This document shows positions 33,731 to 46,011 of a stretch of 64,000 nucleotides of DNA, piece by piece. Below the pieces are notes generated by a model. That model was not told the origin of the DNA. It did no database searches and saw nothing but the letters and a program-made list of their open reading frames with translations. Each line of letters begins with the position of its first letter. Position 1 is the first letter of the stretch. The translations under genes and the position numbers were made by a program. The DNA comes from Eledone cirrhosa (taxonomy: Eukaryota): the NCBI GenBank assembly GCA_964016885.1, contig OZ024765.1, positions 18,352,001 through 18,416,000 on the forward strand, given 5' to 3'.

Positions 33731-35659
33731 TCATGGTGTGAGTAGGTTATGACCCCTCTCACACAATCAGCCTTATCTTTCTTTAATACATGACCGTCTT
33801 ATCCTTTCTCAACATACAACACAACCATTTTATTCCATTTCTTTCTCACCGAATCACTTTCATCCTTCCTCAACACATGACCCAACCATGTCATTCCATT
33901 TCACTTCACAGCATTCATCACTGTTCTATACCCATGACTCCTCTCACACAATCAGCCTTATCTTTCTTTAATACATGACCGTCTTATCCTTTCTCAACAT
34001 ACGACCCAACCATTTTATTCCATTTCTTTCTCACCGAATCACTTTCATCCTTCCTCAACACATGACCCAACCATCTCATTCCATTTCTCTTCTTTACAAC
34101 ATTCATCACTGGTACTATAATGTGTGGTGGCCGTTAGCGGGATCAAGTGAATACCCACCTGTTGTAATGGATGGCACTCTATTAAGAATGTTGAGCCATA
34201 CCCACGACTTAAAATTTGGAACTCTTGCTGGCCTGCCTGGTATTCAGTATCTTAGGTGTTGGTGGAGGAAACGGTGCGGACTGATCTGAGATCTGCCACT
34301 TGGCTTTTGGGAAGCATAGCTCCCGTAATGGGCACATTCTCAGATAACTAGTCGCTGGACTGGTCTTAAGTCGGTTGCTACAAGCATGGGCTTCCGGATG
34401 GGCGCATGGAGACTGGGTCGAAGTTTGATCTGGCGTTTCTCACCAAATCACTTTCATCCTTCCTCAACACATGACCCAACCATCTCATTTTCTTTCTCTT
34501 CACAACATTACATCACTGGTTCTATCACCATCATTCATTTCTCATCGAATCACTTTCATCCTTCCTCAGCACATGACCCAACCATCTCATTACACCACTG
34601 GCTGTATTCCCATCATCCTTTGCATATCATATTTTTTTTTTTTCGTTTCTCTGTGAATAAAGGAGTTAAATAAAAGCAATAATAATAATAATAAAAATCA
34701 TATAAAATATATTAGTTACAATGGTCTCTATTTTGTAGTGAGTAGATCTGCTTGCCTCGAAATAGAATTGCTTTTCCTCTCTATCTTTGTATCTTTTGCT
34801 TATTAACTCTTAACATCCTGTAACACAGGAAGCCACACGAGAAAGACATTTATGATACATAAAAATATTACTATGACTGCATCGCAATAAAAATTGAAAT
34901 ATTTATTTTAGTTTACTGCAAATTTTCATAAAGATCTATCAACTATTAATGTCCTGTAACACACCTCACTGTATTAAGACATTCTTGAAGAGTACAAAAC
35001 ACCACTATGACTTCATCACATTAAAAATTGAAGTCTTTACTTTAATACACTATAGATTTTCATACTCTGTCCACTAGTAAAGATAGTGTAAACATTTGAA
35101 TTAACAAACCACACTAGCAAGACATGCTTGAAAAGTATAAAACAGCATTATAACTGCATTTCATAAACTAACAGGTAACCACCCTTCAGGTGGTTTTCTG
35201 TTAGCATGTATAGTGTGCATATTGATATTATATGCAAATATACATACATGTAGATATGATACATCAAATAACATCGTAACTGACAATATACACAGAAATT
35301 GAAGAGAGACTGTGTTACACTGTCTTCTGTAATCAGTAAAGTAATCCATGATACATTTAAAAAAGATGATATTATATATAAACTGCATTACAGTGAAATG
35401 TAGTGAAAACGAAAAAGGAGAAAATTAGCGACAGAAATATAAACGTTATATAACGATGCAAATATATGAATGTTTATAAACGCTAACTGGAAGTGTAGAC
35501 ATTGGAAAATTTAAAAAAAAGTGAATCTTAAAATAAGCAATCATTATATATAAGAATATTTGTTTAATCAACAGCTACGAAATTTAGTACATAAATTATG
35601 TAATATTCATTCATTATTAATTGGCAAAATTAAGGGTGGTGGATTGGCAAAATTAAGGG

Positions 35660-36165
35660 CGGTGGATTGGCAGTATCGGTAGAGAGTCGGACGCCATGCT
35701 TTCCAGCATAGTTACGTCCCTTTACGATCTGAGTTCAAATCCCGCCAAGGTTGACTTTGCCTTTCATCCTTACAGGGTCGATAAAAAAAAATAAAGTATC
35801 AGTAATACACTGGGTAATTGCTGGCCTTGTGCCTAAAGTAGAAACAATTATTAATTGGCAAAATTACTGGTACTTTATTTTATTCATCCTTATGGGGTCG
35901 ATAAAATAAAGTACCAGTAATGTACTGAGATAATTGGTGGTCTTGTGCCAAAAGTAGAAACAATTATTAATTGGCAAAGGGGGGTGGATTGGCAGTATCA
36001 GTAGAGGGTCAGATGCCATGCTTTGCAGCAAAGAGTTATGGTCTGAGTTCAAATCCCGCCGAGGTTAACTTTGACTTTCATCCTTACGGGGTCGATAAAA
36101 TAAAGTACCAGTAATGCACTGGGATAATTGCTGGCCTTGTGCCAACAGTAGAAACAATTATATTA
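35660..36165 (+). mobile_element. Nin-like SINE cluster
   Basis: Two full copies and one partial copy of the 7750 family. Confidence 0.85.
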
Positions 36166-36487
36166 TGATAAATGGTATTTAGACTATTTATATTGCCAAT
36201 TTTCACAATCTGTCCACTATTAAAGATACTGTAATCATTTGAATTAACAAACCACAAAATCATATTAGCAAAACATTCTTGAAAAGTGCCAAACATCACT
36301 ATGACTGTATCAAATAATATATTGAAGTCTTTACTATAATACTACCAGTTTTCATAGTAATCTGTCCACTAGTAAAGATACTGTAAACATTTGAATTTAA
36401 AGCAAATAATGAATTTTAGATATTTTTCTACTAAATCATTACAGGATGTTAAGAATAAATCTTTGTTAATGCTGCTTCAAACTAAAT

Positions 36488-36672
36488 GCTCTCTCTTTCT
36501 CTCTCTCTATCTCTCTCATGCTTTCTCTCTCTCTCTCTCTCTCTCTCCCTCTCTCTCTCATTCTTTCTCTTTCTTCCTCTCTCTATTTCTCTCATTCTTT
36601 TTCTCATGTTTTTCTTTCTTTTCCTCTCTCTCTATTTCTTCCTATCTTTCTCTATCTCCCCCCCCCCCCTTC
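36488..36672. repeat. (CT)n-rich microsatellite
   Basis: Directly visible. Confidence 0.85.
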
Positions 36673-37139
36673 CTGCTGCTTCTGCTTTGGCTTATTAAGT
36701 TTTATTTATTTTTTTGCATGGAAAAAAGACAAAAGTATTTTTTAAAAAGCAACAATTAATTTGATAAATAATGGAAAGAAAAATAAAGTAAAACTGGAAT
36801 CTTTCAGTTAGAGTTCAGCCCTTGATGTCCCTTGACGGAGCTATGTATGTATATTTTCACATTTATCTTTAATTTACAGTGTTTTCATTATTTCACCAGC
36901 TTTGGTGGCAAGGTTGTAAAAATAAAAATAAAAATATTAAAAAAATGTCTCGAAGACCGAGATGGGGAGCAAAGGGTAATAAAACTCATAAAATAATGAG
37001 AAAAAACTCATATTTACTATTATATTTTCACAGTAAAGGCTTTACCTCACATAATTACCTCACATAATTTTTCTTGCATAATATCAAATCTATGAGATTT
37101 TGATATTTATTTTGAGAACAATACCTTAACATCAGTGTG

Positions 37140-37522
37140 GCCGGTTGTAGCTTTCATACAAACAGCAAAAGCACCTCGATGGCACTTAGACTCACCTGCT
37201 TCAACACATTCAGAACATAAGCTGGTGACATCTGCCTTTAAGAGAGATATATGCCGGCCCCCCACGCATATCTGTCGTACGTAAGAGGAGAGTAAGATTT
37301 GCTGGCCACTGCCATTGTACCCCCTACGAGGCTGTGTCCCCATTAGTGCTTTGTAAACCACAAACAGTCACTGATAACAGGGGGCGAAAGCTCTCCTACC
37401 CCGATGTCATCTCCAGAGATTCTGGTATTGAAATCCAGGATTTGGCAAAGGCAATGAACGACAGAGCCACCTGGTGATCAATTGTTGAGTCGATTTCGGC
37501 TGAGGCCGCTGGCTGGATGATT
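37140..37522 (+). mobile_element. RTE/RTEX-like LINE 3' fragment
   Basis: With frameshifts: ...RRVRFAGHC...GRKLSYPDVISRDSG...LAKAMNDRATW. Confidence 0.7.
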
Positions 37523-38199
37523 ATCACACATAATATAGTTAAATAAATTTAAATTCTGGAATCATATTCCACCATTCACCTAAATTGTTAATTCCTTTTA
37601 AATTAACGTAAATACAAGCTCTTCATTCTTTTTTTTTTCTTCTTCCTACTCATACATACATATATCCTAATTATTTAAATTCTGCATAGCGTCTAAAATA
37701 ACGTTTTTTCAGCCCTATACCTCAGCCTCATTTGCATACTCATCTTAATAATTTGAAATATCTGACTTTTCTTCTCTTTTCCCTTCACTATCCAAGAAAA
37801 ACTTGAACCATTAGGTATCTTTTCTTGGTTATGTCAAAATTTATAAAACAAACTTTGTATTTTATCTGATGAAAGTGTACCAAAGATTTGGTACCCTTGA
37901 AATATATATAATAGAATAAATATAGTTTTCTAAATATAGTTTCCATTTATTAAATATTGTATATATAATGTATGTATCTAATCCACATTATAAAGTGGTC
38001 ATGTAGGAGACACTGTGAATGTGGTTGGTGTTAGGAAGGTCATCCAGTTGTAGAAAACCAGCCAGAAACAGTTCTATACGAGCAAGACACGGTCTCCCGA
38101 CCAATCGTGCCTCAGGTGGGACAAAACCGTCTAACCCATGCTAGCATGGAAGATGGACATTAAACGATGATGATGATGATGATATATATATATACAAAT

Positions 38200-39605
38200 A
38201 CAAAAAGCCTATGGACTGTTAGAGGATGCCTATAGGGTGGGGGGAATGATGAACAAAGCAAATTTCTATAGATGGTTTAAACGATTTTCTGAAAGAAATG
38301 AACTGGCAGTTTCATATGGAATGTTGCACTGACCTCCCGATAAGATAGAGGTTGATTCTGAATAAAGAAATGATGTGATGAGAGTTGCACATTCATGTGT
38401 GACCCTGAGAGCAAACATCGGAGGGCCCAATAGAAGAACATGTTCTCTCCCAAGCCAAAGAAAGCAAAGGTGAGCAGGTTGCAAGAGAAGACCATGGTCA
38501 TACCTTTCTTCGACTCCCAGGGGCTAATTCACATTGAATGGGCTCCTGAGGGCCAAAACCATCAATAAGAATTATTGATTTAGAGTTCTGAAATAGTTCA
38601 GAGATGAAGAAGCAGAGGAGACCACAGCAGTGGAGGGTGGTGGTTCCACCAGGACAATGCTGGTGATCATCTGGATGACCAAGCCTTTTTCTTTGCCCAC
38701 TTTTTCCTGAGAGGGACGTAGGGGCAGATCCTCAAACACTCCTTCCAGCGGGTCCTGTCAGAAGCAACTGCATGACCAGCCAATCTCATGGGTGTTATCC
38801 AACCAGCTTGCTTGGGGACTACTCCTTGGTCTCCTGCCTCTTGGTTTCACTCGTAAAATCTGTTCAGCCATTCTTTCCTCAGACACTAACCACATGTCCA
38901 TAGTATCAGAGCTGTGATCTCTCAATTCAGAGAAGTAACAGCTCTACCTGGAGTGACTCTCTGATCTCTGAGCTACAAATATCTCCAGTGATTCTTTCTT
39001 GAGACATTCTAACCACATGTCCATAGTATCAGAGCTGTGATCTCTCAATTCAGAGAAGTAACAGCTCTACCTGGAGTGACTCTCTCATCTCTGAGCTACA
39101 AATATCTCCAGTGATTCTTTCTTGAGACATTCTAACCTCATGTCCATAGTATCAGAGTTGTGATCTCTCAATTCAGAGAAGTAGCAGCTCTACCTGGAGT
39201 GACTCTCTAATCTCTGAGCTATGCACTCTATCAAGTAACATTATTCCAAAGGCCCTTTGGAGGAACTCCATTTTGGCTGCTTCTATTTGCAATCATATTC
39301 TTTCTGTCTTTACTCCAGGTTCATGACTAATGGGAATGCAAAGGGTACAACACCCAACCTGGCTCCTTGTAACTTCTTCCTGCCCCCACATATCAAAGAT
39401 AGTCTCAGGGGAATCAAATTCAAATCAACAGAGGAGCTGAATAAGACATCAGAGAATTTTATGATGGGACTGTGAGGTATTCTAGACAAGGAGGAGATGC
39501 CTGTGCAAGTGGCTAAATGTGAGAGGTGAATATTTTCAAGAAGACAATATTTTGTAAACTCTTGAAAGTAGTAATGTTTCTCCTAAAAATTTGTCTCTAC
39601 TTATT
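38200..39605 (+). mobile_element. Degenerate mariner transposase interrupted by an RTE fragment
   Basis: FYRWFKRF; SPKPKKAK...KTMVIPFFDSQGLIHIEWAPEGQ; WWFHQDNA (to ~38662); resumes TPNLAPCNFFL..IKDSLRGIKF at ~39350. Confidence 0.8.
38663..39320 (-). mobile_element. RTE LINE 3' fragment with an internal 123-bp triplication
   Basis: Same YGHVVRM region as the 65-bp satellite; GATTCTTTCTTGAGAC at 38990 and 39113. Confidence 0.78.
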
Positions 39606-39648
39606 GATATATATATATGTTGGTATTTATATAATATACATATATATA

Positions 39649-39686
<38 letters not shown>

Positions 39687-39719
39687 AGATATGTTGGTAT
39701 TTATATAATATACATATAT

Positions 39720-40105
39720 GGAGGCACATGGCTTAGTGGTTCGAGCATTGGGCTTCCAATTGAAAGGTTGTGAGTTCAATTCTCAGACCGGGTGATGTGT
39801 TGTTTCCTTGAGCAAGACACTTTATTTCACATTGCTCCAGTTTACTCAGCTGTAGAAATGAGATGATAGGACTGGGGTCCCTATCATTCCACTGCAAAGT
39901 GGTCGTGTAGGCGCCACGGCAAAAATGCACCCTTCACTCATTGTAAAGTGGTCGTGGAGGTGCCACGGTAGAAAAGCACCCAGCACTCACTGTAAATGAG
40001 GTTGGTGTTAGGAAGGGCATCCAGCTGTAGAAATCAAGCCAGAATCAGTTCCCGTCCCACCCTTGCAAGCAGGGAAAAGCGGACGTAAAATGATGATGAT
40101 GATGA
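39720..40105 (+). mobile_element. Full-length CORE/Meta-like SINE
   Basis: Same family as 9562. Confidence 0.88.
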
Positions 40106-40412
40106 TATATATGTGTGTGTATATATATATATATACAAGAGATATGTTTGTATATGTATGTATATATTTATATATATATGTATGTATGTGTATGGATATT
40201 TTACTATACATGTATGTATACATATGTATATATACATTATATTTATATGTATGTATGTAAATATATATTAAAGTCTTAAACGATATTCAATGATTATGTC
40301 AAAGAATGAGTTTTACAGTAGATTGGAAGCACTCTACAGTAAAATAATTTTCTGGAGTTATTAATATTAAAATATAAATATTAATAAAATAGATGTTCTT
40401 TTGATCAATTAC

Positions 40413-40465
40413 ATTTTATTATACATATTTCGGATGTACAACAGTACGTCCTCATCAGACAAAAT
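40413..40465 (-). ncRNA. Minimal type I hammerhead ribozyme (Penelope-like element type)
   Basis: Minus strand: AUUUUGU-CUGAUGA-GGACGUAC-uguu-GUACAUCC-GAAA-UAUGU-AUA^AUAAAAU. Intact core boxes, 7-bp helix I, 8-bp helix II with one mismatch, minimal helix III. Confidence 0.75.
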
Positions 40466-41452
40466 ATAATGATACATGACATACCCTGAGATGTTAAATG
40501 GTTACGATTTAATCAAGGTAGTGATTAACCCAAGAGAAAATTTTACTTATATAGCCTATTTATGAGAAAATGCGAAAACGTAATAAATTCATTAGAGAAT
40601 GTGTGAGTAAGAAAAAACGTTGCTTACTGTAACTGTTCTAAAGGTTTTAAAGTGTATGATACTACGATATATCTAGGGAAACGTCTCATGTATCATAACA
40701 GCTAGTGATAGCCACTGGAAAAGGATTTATAAAGAGGGAAAGATAAGGGGAGAGGGGTGATATATGCAGAAGGAGATTTTTTCCGAAAGTTAAACGGTTA
40801 AATTTGAAAATATTTAATTTATAATATTAGGGTGAAGACTCCAGATTTCAGGATTATTTGCTGGTTATTTATATATTATTTTTATAAATTCGATAAGTGT
40901 GTTATCATTTCTAAACTTCTGAATTTTATGAGGGTAATATTTAAAGGATTTAGCTGGCACTTAAAGAATGAAATATTATACTGTTGATTATTTACCTAAA
41001 TTTAAACTTTAACAAAGATACCAACATATTAGGTATGTAAAGCTTTTGAGGTACTTATTATTATAAATATTTAAATAACTATTATGTATATAGGTATATA
41101 TTAATGAGCCAGTATGTTTAAGGTAAATAATAACGACGAAGATAAAAATAAAGTAAGATAATATATTGAAGCATGTTAAGGATAAATAGACACCTATGTA
41201 TAACTGGGTGTAAATGTACTAATTATTCTTCAACCAAGATATCAACATATTATTATTAGATACAGGGAGGTATATATATAGATATATATTAGGTATTATT
41301 AGTGTAGTATACTTTAGGTAAATGATAACAGTTATAATTTTATAAAGTAGAGTTCAACGTGTTACATTTAAATCCATATATATATATATATATAAACAAG
41401 TAAATTATAAACGTAAACATGTAAGTATGTTTTTGAAACGGTGCGCGAGTTT

Positions 41453-41578
41453 GAAATTAGAAATTATAAGCTTTCACCGTATTTTAGACTAAAGAAATTT
41501 CTAGCCTTATAAACCCCACTATCAGGCTAGAAATTTCTTTAGTCTAAAATACGGTGAAAGCTTATAATTTCTAATTTC
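41453..41578. repeat. Perfect inverted repeat, 55-bp arms, 16-nt spacer
   Basis: 41453-41507 is the reverse complement of 41524-41578. Confidence 0.92.
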
Positions 41579-42147
41579 TAATTACATATATATATATAAG
41601 AAAAACAATAATGTGTGCATGGATAATTCAGAGTTCAAAATAATGTCTATAATAATTTTTAGTTTGGATATTTTCTCTATATTTGAATCATATATATAGA
41701 AATGTGCTAGGTATATTTAAAAATATATAAAATATAATATATAACTACATACATATTATAATACATTATATTATAAATAAGAGATCAAAAGCGCAGCAAA
41801 AATTCACATTTATATATAAGTTTGAATCCGTCTTAAATTTTAGATTTTATAGTGCAGTAAATATATTTAAAAGAAATATATCCATATACTATATTATATT
41901 ATACTATAAATAAGAGATAAAACACTCATTAAAAGTTCACAGTTATAGATAAGTTTCATAAAAATGTATGGATTGGGTATTAAACTAAAATTTAAAAGAG
42001 ATTAAAAATGTATTAAAAATTCACAGTTATATATAAATTCCGTAAATATGTATGGATTAGGTATTATACTAAATTATAAGCATAGATAGGAAGATAGATA
42101 GAGAAATAAGGAGATAAAGAAATGATGGTATTGATCAAAGTTAACAA

Positions 42148-42630
42148 AATAATTGTTTCTACTTTTGGCACAAGGCCAGCAATTAATCCAGTATATTACT
42201 GGTACTTTATTTTATCGACCCCGAAAGGATGAAAGGCAAAGTTAACCTCGGCGGGATTTGAACTCAGAATGGCAAGGACCGTAACTCTATGCGTCAAAGC
42301 ATGGCGTCCGACCCTCTACTGATACTGCCAATCCTCTAATGTTGCGTGTATCAATGTTTAGGCATGTTATTGAACAAGTGTCATTCATTCGAGTGTTGTT
42401 TCTTCTATAGATAGCTATAAAATAAAGCAATATTAAAGGCCATTAATGTTTTGGCAGTATCGGTAGAGGGTCGGACGCCATGCTTTCCAGCATAGTTACG
42501 TCCCTTTACGATCTGAGTTCAAATCCCGCCGAGGTTGACTTTGCCTTTCATCCTTACGTGGTCGATAAAATAAAGTACCAGTAATGCACTAGGTAATTTC
42601 TGGCCTTGTGCCAATAGTAGAAACAATTAA
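42148..42630. mobile_element. Divergent pair of Nin-like SINEs (- 42148-42335; + 42452-42630)
   Basis: 7750 family in both orientations; another minus-strand copy at 43140-43325. Confidence 0.85.
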
Positions 42631-42811
42631 TGTTTTTCACTGTTGATTATATATTCCTGGTAGTCGAGTTATTATTGGTTTGGAGTTATTGCTTCTTTTT
42701 TTCTCGTTTTAAGTGAGGCTAAAAAAGTGGACGTAGCTCTATGGAGGCAACTAGAGAAGAATTCACTTTTTTGTTAATTAGGGTCTCATAGTTATTTTAT
42801 TAATATTTATA

Positions 42812-42873
<62 letters not shown>

Positions 42874-43330
42874 CACACACACACACACATCTTTTATGTT
42901 AGAATTCAAGAAACGGTAATTGAAAAACAAGGTTGTTATCGATAATTTGTGAGCCTATGTTAAAATATAACATGAAAAAGTAGGAATGTTAATAAGTCGA
43001 AGGAAAACGAAACAACACGGAATGAGGTCTAAATATAATCCAGAAATATAAAACAAACAAATATTTATATCTATAAAGAAAAAAAGAGAAAACATTAATT
43101 TAAGTCGACGATAAATTAAAAAAAATAAAATACATATTTAATTGTTTCTACTTTTGGCACAAGGCCAGCAATTATCTCAGTGTATTACTGGTACTTTATT
43201 TTATCGACCCCGTAAGGATGAAAGGCAAAGTTAACGTCGGTGGGATTTGAACTCAGAATGGCAAGAGCCGTAACTCTATGCGTCAAAGCATGGCGTCCGA
43301 CCCTCTACCGTACTGCCAATCCACCATAAG

Positions 43331-43481
43331 ACATCGTTCTTTTCAACTTCAATTTTTCAAGGGAAATAACTGTTACAATACCAAACAGAATGATAAGTAC
43401 ATTTTTAATGGAAACAACTCTTTCTGTTTGGTATTGTAAGAGTTATTTCCCTTGAAAAATTGAAGTCGAAAAGAACGATGT
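43331..43481. repeat. Inverted repeat, 60-bp arms (2 mismatches), 31-nt spacer
   Basis: ACATCGTTCTTTTC...CCAAACAGAA / TTCTGTTTGG...GAAAAGAACGATGT. Confidence 0.9.
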
Positions 43482-44375
43482 AATTTACGTAAATGTTATG
43501 CATAATAAACAGGAAAAAGGAGAGAGTGAGGGTGGTATATAATGGAAGGAGGGGGAGATTAAATATCTAAGGGAGATAATCCTATTGAGTTGATTTTTTT
43601 TTATTGAAAGCAGACGACAGCCAAATGTAATGGCCGTTTTAATGAAGGGATGTTTTTACTTGAGTATTGTTTACTTTCTGTGGATAATGGAGACTGTTAA
43701 TGTTAATAATGATAATAGTGATATTAATATTATGTGAAAAGACTGGTTTTACCGTACATGTACCTTAAAACAAACGGGTTTCTTTGTTAATGTTAAATCT
43801 AAACTATAATAAATTAAGGAGTGCGGGACTGCATCCAGAGTACATTTTTTTATCCCGTTTGTAAAATAAATTCGATTACTTTGAATAAATAATAAATCAG
43901 TATTACATAATTTATGTACAAAATTTCGCATTTATAAATAATTTAAAATCGACTTCTTTTCAAAGTTACAAATTTCTTGACTTCCTGTATATCGTCGCCA
44001 CCACCACCACCACTTCAACTACCATATATATAAAAAGAGAAAGTTTGTGATGAGAGAGATAGTGATTATGACTTTCTACACGCTAACGCGTATGATTGTG
44101 CACATACATGCATCTATATGTATGAGTATATAACTATAATCGCACAAACTTATAAAAATAGACGCTCACGGACATACATTCAGATAAATACACATACTTT
44201 CACACAAAAACATTCACACGTACATTTACACAAACAGTCATGATAGCGTTCGGTGAATTAGAAATGAGAGGGTAAAACAAGTATAACGTTTTATATAAAA
44301 TGTTATTCACAGTTGTATAAATAACATTACAAATTGTTTGCAATTCGTTCAGAATGAAGATATAAACAGAGTATA

Positions 44376-44945
44376 TCACCATCATCATCGTTTAACGTCC
44401 ATGTTCCACGCTTGCATGGGTTTGGACAGGAGTTTTCCCACTTGAGGCAAGAGTGGTTGACTTGCTCGCATAGGACTGTCTGGCGGGTTTTCTACGGCTG
44501 GATGCCCTTCCTAACACCAACCACATTTACAGTGTGGGGCTGGGAGGTTTTTACCGTGTTACCTACATGGCCACATTACAGCGTGGACTGTGTTTTTTTG
44601 TCGTGACACCTACACGATCTCATTTGTTTTGGCCTGGATGTTGTGGCACCAACATAACTTTACATTGAAAGGGGCGGTGTGGATGGGGTGGGTGTGGTGG
44701 GACGGGGGAGTATTTTGTTAGAGATGCCTACTGACTGTAGTAGGTTTTACTTTGTATTTAGGTAAGGCGGGTCTTCTCTATTACTGAGTACCGCCAAAGG
44801 TCTCGGTCCAGTGACATTGTCTTGGAGAGGTGTAAGTGTGTGAGGTCGGAATTTATCAGTTCGTCGCTGGTTTTTCTGGGTCTGCCTACTCCGTGGCTAC
44901 CGTCTATCTTTATTGCCCTGCAGTTTGTTATACAGCTGTCGTCTA
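44376..44945 (-). mobile_element. RTE-fragment/Meta-like chimeric element
   Basis: Reverse complement of ~17900-18470. Confidence 0.82.
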
Positions 44946-46011
44946 AATACATTTACAGTAGAATAACATAAACATGTTCCAAATACATACACAAACCACA
45001 TTAAAAATGCCCAGATATCATTATAAATTGCTCGCGATTCTTTCAGAAAGATATATTCTTTTAATGTAACAATATTAAAGAAAATGTAAAGGAAGGGGTG
45101 AACAACTGAGCCAACACCAGAGCAAAAGACAGCAACGTAACAGATCTTGCCTCGAGCTGATCAACAGAGAAACATATGTAATATGTTAATAAATTGTGAT
45201 TTGATGCATTACTCATTCCTCGTTATCTATAATGATAAAAAATCGCGCTTAAAATAAGGTTTATAAAGACAAACCAAATTTTCTGTTTCTTCATTTTGTT
45301 TTTTTCTTTTACCTAAGCAATTCACTCTTTTACTTATTTCTTATTAAATTACAGTTAATTCCATTAAATATTTATTCTTGGTCATGTTAAATTACTGTAT
45401 CTTTATTCATGTCATTGTTAAAACTTTTATTCCTACATCTTTCATTTATACCGACTGTTACACCGGTCGTATAATTACTTTTATAACACCGCTATATTAC
45501 CTACATGAAAGAGGTAAATATTTATTTCTCTTGTCTTCTTAAATGTATAGAACATGTTTCTTATATATATTCTTAACATAGCTAGGACCGTATATTATTT
45601 ACTAGTCTCTACTCCTAGGACTTTGCTGGTCTCATGTCCCCTCCACCAACACACACTCGGTAGAGAGCTGGTCGTCGGAGCTAAAGTGGCCCTCATTACA
45701 GGTCTAGTATTGAAGCCTTTCGGCTTGAGCCTTGCTGATGCCGACACAGTTCCTGTGCTAGTTTTGTACCACAGGTGACATTTTATTTTGTTTAGGTACC
45801 GGCTAGTGCGGACACAGAGAGCACAATCAGGTGGTGAGCTGGCAACGACCAAGTGTAGAGGGCCAGCTTTGAAATTCGAGCGAGGGAGTGAACTAGTAAA
45901 AGAAGCAGGGTAAGCAGCATTGGTTCTAACGGTGGGACTAGAACGGAGGTTGGGTGGTGCTGGGGGTGGGCTAACAGTTGTAGGAGTGGTGGGGGTTGGT
46001 AGGATTAATTT

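Noticed and set aside
45590-46010. Helitron 3' terminus or a structured RNA downstream of the helicase
   Set aside because: Several CTAG sites and short hairpins exist, but none gives the canonical hairpin-plus-CTRR spacing; the terminus cannot be assigned.
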